Shown here: in pieces, positions 36,745 through 47,086 of the stretch
Layout: every line of letters starts with the position of its first letter
Numbering within the stretch: position 1 is the stretch's first letter
Source of the DNA: an uncultured Alphaproteobacteria bacterium
GTDB taxonomy: Bacteria; Pseudomonadota; Alphaproteobacteria; Rs-D84
Direction: 5' to 3'
DNA: 64,000 nucleotides
Assembly (NCBI GenBank): GCA_934230415.1
Contig: CAKQEW010000001.1
Location: forward strand, 12,258 to 76,257
Notes under the pieces: model-generated
Seen by the model: the letters and a program-made list of their open reading frames with translations, nothing else
Databases searched by the model: none
Told to the model about the DNA's origin: nothing
Made by a program: the position numbers and the translations under genes

Positions 36745-38724
36745 ATGACAGAAAATAATACACACACATATGACGCATCAGATATTCAGGTATTGGAAGG
36801 ATTGGAACCCGTCCGTCTGCGCCCCGGCATGTACATTGGCGGCACAGATGAAAAGGCGTGGCACCACCTGCCAATTGAAATCATGGATAACTCTATTGAC
36901 GAGGCTGTGGCCGGCTTTGCCAAGAAAATTACCGTTAACCTGATTGACGCCACGACAATTGAAATTACCGATGATGGACGCGGAATTCCGGTGGATGAAC
37001 ATCCGAAATACCCAGGCAAGTCCGCACTGGAGGTTATTTTGACCACCCTGCATTCGGGGGGCAAGTTTAATAATAATGTTTACAAAACCAGTGGCGGTCT
37101 GCATGGCGTGGGCAGTGCGGTTGTTAACGCCCTGTCGCGGGAAATGATTGTAACGATTTCGCGCGATGGATACGAATGGCACCAGTCTTTTTCGCGTGGC
37201 AAACCAACAACACCAATGACCCGTGGCGATGCGACAAAAAATCACGGCACCAAGATTCGCTTTACCATTGATGACCAGATATTCGGTGCAAACGCCGTGT
37301 TTAAACCGGTCAAGATTTATCGCATGGCGCGCGCAAAATCGTTCCTGTCGCGCGGTGTTCGTGTTGAATGGCATTGCAATCCAGAATTACTGACCGACGA
37401 TATGAATATCCCGGCAGATACGACGTTTTATTACCCGGGTGGCGTGGCAGATTTCTTGGATGAAAAAACCCGTGACAAGCCGCGCATTTTGCCAAAAATT
37501 TTCAGTGGCAGTGTTGATTTCCCAGACGATACCGGCCGCGTAGAATGGGCGCTGACTGTGCTGACCGACGAAAATGGTGCGGCGTCTGACGATGGATTTT
37601 TTGCATCATATTGCAACACGATTGCAACGATTGATGGTGGCACCCACGAAACCGGGTTCAAGGCCGCAATTACCAAGGGAATAAAGGCATACGGGGAAAA
37701 AATAAACAACAAATCCGCGGCGTCTATTATTGGCGATGACGTATTTGATTCTGTGGCGGCGATTGTTTCTGTATTTTACAAGACCCCACAATTTTTGGGC
37801 CAGACCAAGGAGAAATTATCCAACCCTGAAATTGCACGTTACACCGAAAATGCGCTGCGCGACCCGTGGGAAATTTTCCTGGCATCTGATCCGAAAACTG
37901 CAAATGCATTGTTGGATTTTGTGGTAAACCTGGCAAACGCCCGTATCAAGACCAAACAGGTCAAAGATATCGCGCGCAAAACCCCAACCAAGCGCGCACG
38001 CATGCCGGCGAAATTGGCGGACTGTTCCAAACACGGGATTGACGGTACAGAATTATTTATCGTTGAGGGGGAATCGGCGGGTGGTACCGCAAAACAGGCA
38101 CGCGACCGTGCAACCCAGGCGATTATGCCCCTGCGTGGCAAGGTTTTAAATGTTATATCTAATTCCGACGAACGATTCGGCGCGAACAAGGAATTAAACG
38201 AACTGATTGACATTATCGGCGCCGGCACGGCCAAGGATTGGGATGATTCCAAATTGCGTTATGAGAAAATCATCGTCATGACCGATGCCGACGTTGACGG
38301 CAGCCATATTGCATCACTGCTGATGGCATTTTTCTATCAGCATATGCCACAATTGATTTACGGTGGACATTTGTACCTGTCATGCCCACCACTGTATAAA
38401 TTCACATGCGGCACAGAATCATTTTATGTGGACAGTGATGAAGAACTGGACGCCCTGCAAAACGGCAAATACAAGAATAAAAAGGTGGAAATTTCCCGAT
38501 TCAAGGGTCTGGGCGAAATGATGCCGAACCAATTAAAGGAAACAACCATGTCACCCAAGACGCGGCGTCTGATTCGTGTTGAATTGCCACCGCGCACGGA
38601 CGATGGCGCCGAAGACACGGAAAAAACACGCACAATCGTGTCTGAATTAATGGGTAAAAAGCCAGAATTTCGTTTCCGCTTTATCACCGAACATGCCCAG
38701 TTTGTCAAAGATTTGTTTGTCTGA
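36745..38724 (+). CDS. parE: DNA topoisomerase IV subunit B
   Basis: GHKL ATPase and TOPRIM domains (EGDSAGG-like LFIVEGESAGG). 659 aa, lacking the GyrB-specific insertion. Confidence 0.8.
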   Translation: MTENNTHTYDASDIQVLEGLEPVRLRPGMYIGGTDEKAWHHLPIEIMDNSIDEAVAGFAKKITVNLIDATTIEITDDGRGIPVDEHPKYPGKSALEVILTTLHSGGKFNNNVYKTSGGLHGVGSAVVNALSREMIVTISRDGYEWHQSFSRGKPTTPMTRGDATKNHGTKIRFTIDDQIFGANAVFKPVKIYRMARAKSFLSRGVRVEWHCNPELLTDDMNIPADTTFYYPGGVADFLDEKTRDKPRILPKIFSGSVDFPDDTGRVEWALTVLTDENGAASDDGFFASYCNTIATIDGGTHETGFKAAITKGIKAYGEKINNKSAASIIGDDVFDSVAAIVSVFYKTPQFLGQTKEKLSNPEIARYTENALRDPWEIFLASDPKTANALLDFVVNLANARIKTKQVKDIARKTPTKRARMPAKLADCSKHGIDGTELFIVEGESAGGTAKQARDRATQAIMPLRGKVLNVISNSDERFGANKELNELIDIIGAGTAKDWDDSKLRYEKIIVMTDADVDGSHIASLLMAFFYQHMPQLIYGGHLYLSCPPLYKFTCGTESFYVDSDEELDALQNGKYKNKKVEISRFKGLGEMMPNQLKETTMSPKTRRLIRVELPPRTDDGAEDTEKTRTIVSELMGKKPEFRFRFITEHAQFVKDLFV

Positions 38725-38912
38725 TGCGCAACTGCACCCACTGTGGGTGCGGCGCGCATTCGGCACGCAACCATTACCCGATGCGGAAAAAATTACTATG
38801 CACAAACCGCAGATTTTGTGATTACAATAAACGCACATTCACACACAATCATACTTGACAATTTTATTTTTTGTACTATGTTATAAACAACAAAAACCAA
38901 AGAGGATACAAA

Positions 38913-39356
38913 ATGGCATTCGGTCCAACACACAAAAAGAAAAACACATATATCGTCAAGGTCAACAACCTGATGGCGGACACATCGGTATTTGAGTTGT
39001 GCAAATATACGCCACTGCCGGTGACCGTGCTGAATGGCAAAGATGTTCAGAAACCACATAATATATGGATGGGCGCCACAAAATTCCCTAACCCTGGGGC
39101 GGTCTGCATGCAATCCGAATTTAAAACAATCGCGCCGGTTATGGGCCAAAAAATTGCGTCCACAGTTATTGAATACCTGGACAAGGCCAACAACCGCCCT
39201 GTTCTGACATTGTTTCCGACATCGGCATATGTTCACGACGGTTATGAAAACGATTATATGTCACACCTGAATCACGCGTCACGTCGCGATTTAGCGCACC
39301 AGATAAAGATTCGTGAACAGATGATGAATCAAATTTTATGCGACCGCCAGAAATAA
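38913..39356 (+). CDS. hypothetical protein
   Basis: ORF with AGAGGA RBS (start at MAFGPT). No recognisable motif. Confidence 0.4.
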   Translation: MAFGPTHKKKNTYIVKVNNLMADTSVFELCKYTPLPVTVLNGKDVQKPHNIWMGATKFPNPGAVCMQSEFKTIAPVMGQKIASTVIEYLDKANNRPVLTLFPTSAYVHDGYENDYMSHLNHASRRDLAHQIKIREQMMNQILCDRQK

Positions 39357-39399
39357 CCTGCACAACGAATAAAGCAAGAAACGTGTCTGCACCCGCAGA

Positions 39400-39610
39400 C
39401 ACGTTTTTTTTACCGTTGCGGACCAAGTTCCCCTCCATGGAACCACCCACAAAATTTGTCCCTGCGGGGGCAATGGCCCCCGGCCTGCGCCGGGGTGACG
39501 AGTTTTTTGTAGATGGTTCCTGATTACAATATTATTTTGTAGACCTGGGCGCCGGTATGACGGAATAAAAATCATTGCTCTCTACTCTTTGCTCTCTACT
39601 CTTTGCTCTC
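39400..39610. repeat. GC-rich intergenic repeat element, copy B, ending in a (actctttgctctct)x3 tandem and cattgctctct
   Basis: Contains ggaccaagttcccctcc (inverted match to 18898-18914), ccacccacaaaat, and ggggtgacgagtt. Confidence 0.5.
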
Positions 39611-39616
39611 TAAAAA

Positions 39617-39641
39617 AAGCACCGGCGAATGCCGGTGCTTT
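39617..39641. terminator. Bidirectional terminator (gcaccggcgaatgccggtgc + T-run)
   Basis: Perfect hairpin directly after the stop of the 39658-41055 gene. Confidence 0.6.
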
Positions 39642-39657
39642 TTTATTTATTGCACTT

Positions 39658-41055
39658 TTACTGGATTCCAACACTGAACTCGTCACCCCAACCGGCAACG
39701 GTCTGGCCACCAACCGTGCATTGGATATCCTCAAATCCTTTCTTTATCTGGTTCTTTTTTACAACGTGACTGGTTACCAGACCACCTGTTGTCCCCAATA
39801 CAACCGCCGCAATGGAATCTGATGCCAGACGTGCGGTATTAAATTTACCTTCCTCGTCACGCCATACCGTTACTTTTAACTGGTCTTGCATCCCGCGCAG
39901 TTCACTGACCAATTGCGATACGCGACCGGACGTTGTTGTCTGATTTTCACGCAGGATGGTCGCGGCCTTTTTGACGCATTTGCCACCGTCAAATTCATAG
40001 TCCCGGTCGTTGCATATGCATTCGCCACTTATCCATCGTGCATCAGATGCGGCCTCGCACGGGGCTTTGTTTGCCTTTATGACACATCTGTCATGCGTCC
40101 ATTCCATGTCCACGTCCCGACAACGGCACTGATTATCAACCCAGTATGCGACATCGCCGCCAACCGCCACACAGCGTTCATACGCCAGCGTGGTTTCGGT
40201 CTTGACACAATTGCCGGTGGCGTCGCGTTCACTGCCGTTGGTGCAATCGCATGTACCATCGGTCCCCAATGTCAGGTTTTTATTTGCATCGCATACGCAT
40301 GCATTGTTTTTCCATTCGCCACCCGATTGTGTACATATTTTGCTTTTTTCTTGTTCAGTGGCGGCTCTCTCCTGTTCTGCCTGAATAGTGGCAGCCGTTT
40401 TTTTGCATTGTTTTATGCTGGGATCCCATTCATAGTCAGCGCTGATGCATTCACATGTCTTTCCGTCACCGGATGTCCGCATAAAGGCGCCATTACATTC
40501 GCACGCACCATTGCCCCAGGTGCCACCCGTGTTGGAACATGCGCGACGGGCCGCAGATTCAGTTTCAGAAACACATTTCCCACCAATATTTTGGTAACCA
40601 GATTTGCATGCATACCCCAAACAAACCGTTCGGCCTGGAACCATCGTGTATGACGAACCATTTGTCCTAACATAGTCTACAAAATCTGGATTGTATACTG
40701 CTTGCAGTGCATTTGGGTCATTCGCCAGCTCCATTTGTCCACCATCTGTACATTGTTTGATTCTGGATGGTTTCCACTCGTTGTCATACATAAATTTTCC
40801 GCGATGACATTCATATAGATAGTTGGAATAATATCCTCCACCGTTGCGAATTTGTGCGGGACCAATAACCGCAACAGTGTCAAGATTATGACAATATTCC
40901 CCCGCACACAGGTAACAGCCAACATCTGGCACGGCCAATACCTTGTCATTACTTTGATTACACTGACTATCGTTTACTGCTATGCATCCGAATTTGTTTG
41001 CATTGGCATTGCCAACAGATAAAAACACCATCAGTATAAATAATAATTTTTTCAT
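39658..41055 (-). CDS. secreted cysteine-rich modular protein with conserved ~95-aa C-terminal module (paralog A)
   Basis: Signal peptide MKKLLFILMVFLSVGNANA. Repeated Cys modules (GGxWxNxACxCxxN...). C-terminal 95 aa nearly identical to the gene at 41235-42407. Confidence 0.6.
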   Translation of the reverse strand: MKKLLFILMVFLSVGNANANKFGCIAVNDSQCNQSNDKVLAVPDVGCYLCAGEYCHNLDTVAVIGPAQIRNGGGYYSNYLYECHRGKFMYDNEWKPSRIKQCTDGGQMELANDPNALQAVYNPDFVDYVRTNGSSYTMVPGRTVCLGYACKSGYQNIGGKCVSETESAARRACSNTGGTWGNGACECNGAFMRTSGDGKTCECISADYEWDPSIKQCKKTAATIQAEQERAATEQEKSKICTQSGGEWKNNACVCDANKNLTLGTDGTCDCTNGSERDATGNCVKTETTLAYERCVAVGGDVAYWVDNQCRCRDVDMEWTHDRCVIKANKAPCEAASDARWISGECICNDRDYEFDGGKCVKKAATILRENQTTTSGRVSQLVSELRGMQDQLKVTVWRDEEGKFNTARLASDSIAAVVLGTTGGLVTSHVVKKNQIKKGFEDIQCTVGGQTVAGWGDEFSVGIQ

Positions 41056-41234
41056 AATGTCTCTCTCGTTCTTTGGTACAAGGGCCCATTTATATTATCG
41101 TAATTCTATCATAATTTTGTCGTTCATACAACGCCGAAATAATGTTATTTATTTTTGTGTAATTGCTTTTTGCATTTGGTTGGCGCGCTAATTTATGATA
41201 AAATCACATATAATAATGCAGGGGAAAATACATC

Positions 41235-42407
41235 ATGAATAAATTATGGCTGTTTTTGTTTATCGCACTGATGCCGGTGGCGGGATTTTGTGTGGACAGC
41301 GATGTTACACGTGCTAGCATGCAAAGAATTAGCAAGCACGAACATATGCCATACAGTAAATTTCATGTGCTGTTCCCAGACCAGATACAATATCAAGCTT
41401 TCATGGATGACTCGCCCGAATTTTATTCTGCATATGAATGTGGCTGGGGCGACATAAAGGTGGGCAACACAGTCAAATTAGGTGCAGGCCATGTATTCGA
41501 TGGGCGAGTAATTGATCACGATGTTCGCTATCTGTGTACCAGTAGCGGTTGGGTTTCGGATAACAGTAAAACGACTAAAAACAAAACAGAAGCGAATGGC
41601 GGTGCGGCCGCGTGCAGTCTGCAGATACGTAGTTTTACCGACACATCTGACTATGACATGGATGAATATTTATACCAGGATTCTGGTACGTGGGAATTCT
41701 ATGCATCGTCACGTGTGCGGCCGGTTGGTTCTGCGGTCCAGGTATATGAATGCAATGGGCGCAGCAATGCCCCCAGTGCGGCATGTGGTGTTGGCGCAAA
41801 AATTATACTGAATTCGGGTGCTGGGATTGGAAATCAGACGGTCGCCGAAAAGGGTGAATTTGTATTTGAATGCACAAACAACAGTAAGATAAAGAGTGAC
41901 AGCTATAAATGGCAATATACCAAGATTGTGCCCCGGTGTCCGTATGTTTCTGGAAATACCCCCACGTCAGAGGCAATCAATGGGCGCACACTGTATTTTA
42001 TGTCTGATTACAATGTGTATTGTGGGGATGTGTACCAGGTCGCCACCCAGGCCGAGGCCGATAACCAAATGGAATATGTTAAAACGGCAACGGCGACGAT
42101 AAACACCAGTGTCAGCACTGGTCCCAATACGGCGTCTGGTCGCGTAACACAATTGGTCAGTGAACTGCGTGGGATGCAGGACCAGTTAAAAGTGACGGTA
42201 TGGCGTGACGAGGAAGGTAAATTTAATACCGCACGTCTGGCATCAGATTCCATTGCGGCGGTTGTATTGGGGACAACAGGTGGTCTGGTAACCAGTCACG
42301 TTGTAAAAAAGAACCAGATAAAGAAAGGTTTTGAAGATATCCAATGCACGGTTGGTGGTCAAACAGTTGCCGGTTGGGGTGACGAGTTCCGTGTTGGAAT
42401 CCAGTAA
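41235..42407 (+). CDS. secreted cysteine-rich protein with conserved ~95-aa C-terminal module (paralog B)
   Basis: Signal peptide MNKLWLFLFIALMPVAGFC. Unrelated Cys-rich N-terminal region. C-terminus SGRVTQLVSELRGMQDQLKVTVWRDEEGKFNTARLASDSIAAVVLGTTGGLVTSHVVKKNQIKKGFEDIQCTVGGQTVAGWGDEFRVGIQ. Confidence 0.6.
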   Translation: MNKLWLFLFIALMPVAGFCVDSDVTRASMQRISKHEHMPYSKFHVLFPDQIQYQAFMDDSPEFYSAYECGWGDIKVGNTVKLGAGHVFDGRVIDHDVRYLCTSSGWVSDNSKTTKNKTEANGGAAACSLQIRSFTDTSDYDMDEYLYQDSGTWEFYASSRVRPVGSAVQVYECNGRSNAPSAACGVGAKIILNSGAGIGNQTVAEKGEFVFECTNNSKIKSDSYKWQYTKIVPRCPYVSGNTPTSEAINGRTLYFMSDYNVYCGDVYQVATQAEADNQMEYVKTATATINTSVSTGPNTASGRVTQLVSELRGMQDQLKVTVWRDEEGKFNTARLASDSIAAVVLGTTGGLVTSHVVKKNQIKKGFEDIQCTVGGQTVAGWGDEFRVGIQ

Positions 42408-42425
42408 ATGTGCAATAAATAAAAA

Positions 42426-42452
42426 AACACCGGCATCCGCCGGTGATTTTTT
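42426..42452. terminator. Terminator (caccggcatccgccggtg + T-run)
   Basis: Hairpin with TTTTTTTT after the stop at 42407. Confidence 0.6.
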
Positions 42453-42493
42453 TTAAGAGCGTGCGGCCGTCTCCGCTGGCGCACTATCTATCT

Positions 42494-43318
42494 TTATCGG
42501 CGTTCCAACGCGGCCATATGTTGCAGTATTGCCTGGTATTCTGCCTGGGCCTGGTCATATACATCTGAATCAATATAATCACGGCTGTCCAACGTAATCT
42601 GCAATCTGTCCAGCGCATCTTCCATGCGTTCACGTTCGGCGGCAATTGACCGCGATTCCGCCACAACATAACTTGGCACAATCGGTGTTGCGGCGCCCCG
42701 CCCTGTTATCGGCAAATATGGACGCACACCGTCCGGATGACGTTTTGCAACCGCATCTGCAATAGATGCACGCAGCCCACCACGTTTGCGTTCAAAATCC
42801 TTGACATTTTGGCGCGCAACCGCCGCGATTCCATCGCGCAGGCATGCCAATTTTTTATACGTTTTGTTTGAATGCCCATTTTCCTGTTCAATGCGGACGT
42901 ATCCATTTGCAGATACCGGCAATTCATCGCGCCATGCATTGTTTATCGGGTTCGCATTCAGCGACATATAGTCAACCAGCGTGCCGTGAACACTGGCCAA
43001 TACTTCATCCTGGAAATTCGCCACATCTGTGCGGCAGAAATGGTAAATGTCATTCTTGCCATTGTGCACGAATGGCGACACGGTTCCAAAGCGCCCCGGA
43101 TTATACGACATTTCGCGCCACAGTGCCCCACAAATCACGTCGCCATCAATCCGTCCCACCAATAACGGAACAGATGTAATCGGCCGGTCATGGTTGCGAC
43201 TGACCATTATCTGGCCGTATGCCTGGCCCAACTTGCGCGAGGTCAACATACCAAAGTACGGACGATCCACATCGTACTGCAATATAATTTTTATCTGATT
43301 ATCTGTTAATCCTGACAT
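42494..43318 (-). CDS. hypothetical protein
   Basis: 274-aa ORF with coding-like composition. No recognisable motif. Confidence 0.45.
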   Translation of the reverse strand: MSGLTDNQIKIILQYDVDRPYFGMLTSRKLGQAYGQIMVSRNHDRPITSVPLLVGRIDGDVICGALWREMSYNPGRFGTVSPFVHNGKNDIYHFCRTDVANFQDEVLASVHGTLVDYMSLNANPINNAWRDELPVSANGYVRIEQENGHSNKTYKKLACLRDGIAAVARQNVKDFERKRGGLRASIADAVAKRHPDGVRPYLPITGRGAATPIVPSYVVAESRSIAAERERMEDALDRLQITLDSRDYIDSDVYDQAQAEYQAILQHMAALERR

Positions 43319-43429
43319 ATGGGCAACTCCATCTTCACACTATAAATATAATACATATTTATATTTTGTCAATATAAGGATAACAAAAGACACTGTCCGC
43401 ACGTAAATGCGGACAGCGCCGTGTGTGAC

Positions 43430-45016
43430 CTACTGTTCTGCGCGGGTGAATGCCCCGTGGTCCAGCATATCGCGCACCGCGAAATGCTTTATCTTGCGCG
43501 CCGATGTTTGCGGTAATTCTTCCTCTGTAATCGCAAAGTGTTTTACCCACTTGTACGGTGCAATTTTCAGATTAGACGCCTTTAACAGCAACGCCACACG
43601 CGCAACTGTGGTACCTGGTTTAACCTGGAATACGGCAAATGGCACAATCTTGCCTGCGATGACATATTCAAACACCGCCGCCGCCAAGATTTCTTCATTT
43701 TGCAGATACAGGTCTTCCAGTTCATCAGGGTACACGTTTTTACCACTGTCCAGGACAATCACCTGTTTCTGGCGACCCTTGACAATCAGGCGACCATATT
43801 TATCCAATTTGCCCAAATCGCCCGTTTTAAACCATCCGTTTTCAAACGCAGCCGCATTGGCATCATCGTTATCCAGGTAACCCGGCATAACCATGTTGCC
43901 ACGCATCCAGATTTCGCCCACACCATCACGGTCTGGGTTGTGAATCTGGATTTCATTGCCCGGCAATGGCCCCGCATAATACATGGAACCATCCGCACGA
44001 CGAAATGCAAAGTTAAAGTTCGCCGGCCCTGTTGTTTCGGTCAGACCATAGCAATCACCAACCACAAAATCCAAACTCTCAAAGAATTTACGTATTGTTG
44101 GCTTCAGGGTTGCACCCGCCGATACCAGAACCTTGGTATTGCCGCCGAATATTTCATGGACTGGTTTGGTAACCTTGTCCACGATGCACCCCAAACCAAT
44201 TGCGCGCAACACGCGACGCGATGACATTACCATGCGCATAATCGTGTACATATGCTTTTCCCGCGCAGTGTCCACAATCTTTTTATAAAAACCTTCCCAA
44301 ATACGGGGAACGGCGGGGATAACCTCTGGTCGGTACTGCTTAAAATCTTTCAGGAATTCACGCGGATTCAAAATCGGCTGCAACAGCAACTGGCCCCGCA
44401 AAATAATCGGTGCGATGATATTAATGACCACACCATATATGTGATACAGCGGCAAGAATCCATAGAACGTATATCCCGGATGAATCACCGGTGTATAGAA
44501 CAATGCCCCATCTGCCAACGACAGCAGATTATTGTGCGTCAGACCCACAACCTTGGGATTGCCGGTTGAACCCGACGTGAACGACAGCATCGCGATATCT
44601 TCGCGGGAAACATCAGCGGCGACAAAATCTTTTTCGTCTGTATCGTCCACTGATTCAATGTCGTACATTTGCGGTCCACCATCAATAAAATGTGACGTTT
44701 GCGCCATTGCCAATTTGCAATTTGTACGCGCCATCATATTCAGGTGTTCAGATTGGGACAATCCGGTATCCAGCATCAGCGCACGCGCCCCCTGGGACAA
44801 AATAGCAAAATACGTTTTGATAAATTCTGGGGTGTTACCCGACAGAATCGCGACCGTATCGCCCTTTTTAATACCAAATTTTTTCGCCAATAAAACAGCA
44901 CGCTGTTTTACCTTTTTTAACAAATCTGCATATGTTTCGTTCTGTCTGACAAAGAAAATACGGTCTTTATTCTGGGAACACACATCACGCAGCATTTCAT
45001 ATACATTTTTCATCAT
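43430..45016 (-). CDS. long-chain-fatty-acid--CoA ligase (AMP-binding enzyme)
   Basis: AMP-binding motif SFTSGSTGNPKVV. ~530 aa FadD-like. Confidence 0.8.
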   Translation of the reverse strand: MMKNVYEMLRDVCSQNKDRIFFVRQNETYADLLKKVKQRAVLLAKKFGIKKGDTVAILSGNTPEFIKTYFAILSQGARALMLDTGLSQSEHLNMMARTNCKLAMAQTSHFIDGGPQMYDIESVDDTDEKDFVAADVSREDIAMLSFTSGSTGNPKVVGLTHNNLLSLADGALFYTPVIHPGYTFYGFLPLYHIYGVVINIIAPIILRGQLLLQPILNPREFLKDFKQYRPEVIPAVPRIWEGFYKKIVDTAREKHMYTIMRMVMSSRRVLRAIGLGCIVDKVTKPVHEIFGGNTKVLVSAGATLKPTIRKFFESLDFVVGDCYGLTETTGPANFNFAFRRADGSMYYAGPLPGNEIQIHNPDRDGVGEIWMRGNMVMPGYLDNDDANAAAFENGWFKTGDLGKLDKYGRLIVKGRQKQVIVLDSGKNVYPDELEDLYLQNEEILAAAVFEYVIAGKIVPFAVFQVKPGTTVARVALLLKASNLKIAPYKWVKHFAITEEELPQTSARKIKHFAVRDMLDHGAFTRAEQ

Positions 45017-45129
45017 AATGATTATGCTCTCTTTGTTAATTAACCCGGGTAACCATTACCCAGACCTATAACCACTATAATCATTTTTTCCCAGGAAACA
45101 CAACCTATTTTATGCATGGGGACACTCGG

Positions 45130-45930
45130 TCAATATGTGCACATGCTGGTTTCTATCTGGAATGTACCCTGCGCATCGTAATACGTTCCCGCCGGCAGAT
45201 AGCAGCTGCTCTGGGCGGTGGCGCCGGCACTGGATGTTCCGGTTGCCAATGTTGTCTTGGCCACATCGGTATAAACGCCCGTGGCACTGGGGCATTTTGT
45301 ACACGATGACGCCCCGGTTGTCGCGGAATATGTCCCCGCACTGCACGTCGTGCATGATATGGCAACGCCCGCCGACGCCGTTCCCGCACGACACTTTGTG
45401 CACCCCAGCCCAGATGCACTGTCACTGTTGATGGCCTGGACATTGCGCGATGCTGGATAATATCCAGCGGCGCACGCATATATATCCTGGTATTCATCAG
45501 ACGTGCTGTATCCACCAACCCCCGCCCTGGCGCAACTGAAAAAATATCCACGTGGCGGATTTACCGCCCCGCTTGAACTGGATGATGACCAGGACAATAA
45601 CTGTGACCGGACAGAATTACAATCCGATTGTGTGCTAAAACATATAATCCAACGACTGCTGGGGATGTTTTCTGAATCCTGATTTGTGGCCAGGTACAAT
45701 CCACCATCTGGGATACAATATACATATGAGCCTGTACCAATTTCTGTTGATTTAACACACCACCGTGCCACAGTGTCACAAAAGCTGCTGCTACTGGAAC
45801 TCTCGTACGTGCCACACGTCTGGCTGCAATACACACGGCTGGCCGCAGACGCCGCACCAAACATCATCACCCCCGTCACGATTATTGCAAAGAAAACCTT
45901 TCTCATTATGACGCCCCCACATTTATTCAT
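45130..45930 (-). CDS. secreted Cys/Ser/Thr-rich protein with furin-like CxxC...G.Y repeats
   Basis: Signal peptide. Repeated C-x2-C-x-x-GT(Y/A)S modules (CTKCRAGTAS, CTTCSAGTYS, CTKCPSATGVY). Confidence 0.5.
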   Translation of the reverse strand: MNKCGGVIMRKVFFAIIVTGVMMFGAASAASRVYCSQTCGTYESSSSSSFCDTVARWCVKSTEIGTGSYVYCIPDGGLYLATNQDSENIPSSRWIICFSTQSDCNSVRSQLLSWSSSSSSGAVNPPRGYFFSCARAGVGGYSTSDEYQDIYACAAGYYPASRNVQAINSDSASGLGCTKCRAGTASAGVAISCTTCSAGTYSATTGASSCTKCPSATGVYTDVAKTTLATGTSSAGATAQSSCYLPAGTYYDAQGTFQIETSMCTY

Positions 45931-45954
45931 AATAAATAACCGCCATATGGAAAC

Positions 45955-46200
45955 AGGCGGTCGGGTGAGTTCGAAAATCAGTTAGTGATGATTCTGTTGG
46001 TCTTTCGGTTACCCGTGTTTTATATACCAACAGCCCCCCGACCGTTCGTCAGGGACGACCATCCCAGTGCAGAAGCACTGAAACGTCGGATTACAGTGCT
46101 TTCGCACCACACTAACAAGGCTTTCGACAGCCCGAAGCCACATCCCTATGGTTTCACAAGAAATAATACCCTAAAAAACACTTTAACGCAAGCCATCTGA
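45955..46200 (-). ncRNA. candidate structured RNA / 5' leader (GC-rich, nested helices, GAAA and UUCU loops on minus strand)
   Basis: Long-range pairing ggtcggg...cccgacc enclosing ctgttgg...ccaacag. Hairpins gtgc-gaaa-gcac and cagtgc-uucu-gcacug when read on the minus strand. Not matched to a known family by eye. Confidence 0.2.
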
Positions 46201-46284
46201 AAAAATCTGGGGTTGATATAGGAATTTTTTTTGATACAGTTTGCCAAAAATTCACGAAACAACACGCATAACAGGAATAAACTC

Positions 46285-46899
46285 ATGAACTTTGCAAACG
46301 ATAATATGGTGATGCCTGAATCAGAATTGAACGCAATGCAAGCGCGCATTGAAGGCCACATGACCCAGATACTGAATGACCTGGGGATTGACACCGCGCA
46401 CGATCACAATACACGTGAAACCGCACACCGTATCGCAAAAATGTGGGTACGCGAAAAATTTAATGGCCGCTATGTCCCCGCGCCAAAGATAACAATTTTT
46501 CCAAATGTTCAAAACATTGATCAATTGATGACGGTCGGCCCCATAAACGTGAAATCTGTTTGTTCACATCACTTTGTTGATTTCACAGGCCGCTGTTGGA
46601 TTGGTATTTTGCCCGGGAATAAATTAATGGGACTGTCCAAATATGCACGCATTGTTGATTGGTTCGCGCGCCGCCCACAAATCCAAGAAGAATTAACCGC
46701 CCAAATTACAAACTGGATTTCCCAGAATTTGGAACCACGCGGGGTGGCGGTCGTTATTCGCGCAAAGCATGAATGTTGTTCATCGCGCGGAATCCAAGAT
46801 ACAAATATGGAATTTTTGACCACAGAAATTCGCGGATGTTTTCGTAACAACCCCAGTATCAAGGATGAATTTTATAAACAAATTCAATTAACGTTATAA
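46285..46899 (+). CDS. folE: GTP cyclohydrolase I
   Basis: SVCSHHFV zinc-binding signature. Start at MNFANDNMV with AGGA RBS. The ORF opens at 46231. Confidence 0.9.
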   Translation: MNFANDNMVMPESELNAMQARIEGHMTQILNDLGIDTAHDHNTRETAHRIAKMWVREKFNGRYVPAPKITIFPNVQNIDQLMTVGPINVKSVCSHHFVDFTGRCWIGILPGNKLMGLSKYARIVDWFARRPQIQEELTAQITNWISQNLEPRGVAVVIRAKHECCSSRGIQDTNMEFLTTEIRGCFRNNPSIKDEFYKQIQLTL

Positions 46900-47086
46900 A
46901 AGTGTTTTTTAAAACATCATACAACACGTCTGGGCCAGGATATAACACATAACAATACCGGCATCACGTCTTATACGACATTGTTCAGATACAATATGTG
47001 ACAACTCTTGCATAATTTTCCCCCATTGTTTGCGGTTTGTGGGCCGCGACCGACCTGCCCCAATTATCCGCCATGGGGACAGATGG

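Noticed and set aside
36745-38724. gyrB
   Set aside because: Length of 659 aa and absence of the ~170-aa GyrB-specific insertion favour topoisomerase IV ParE. A short GyrB cannot be fully excluded without phylogeny.
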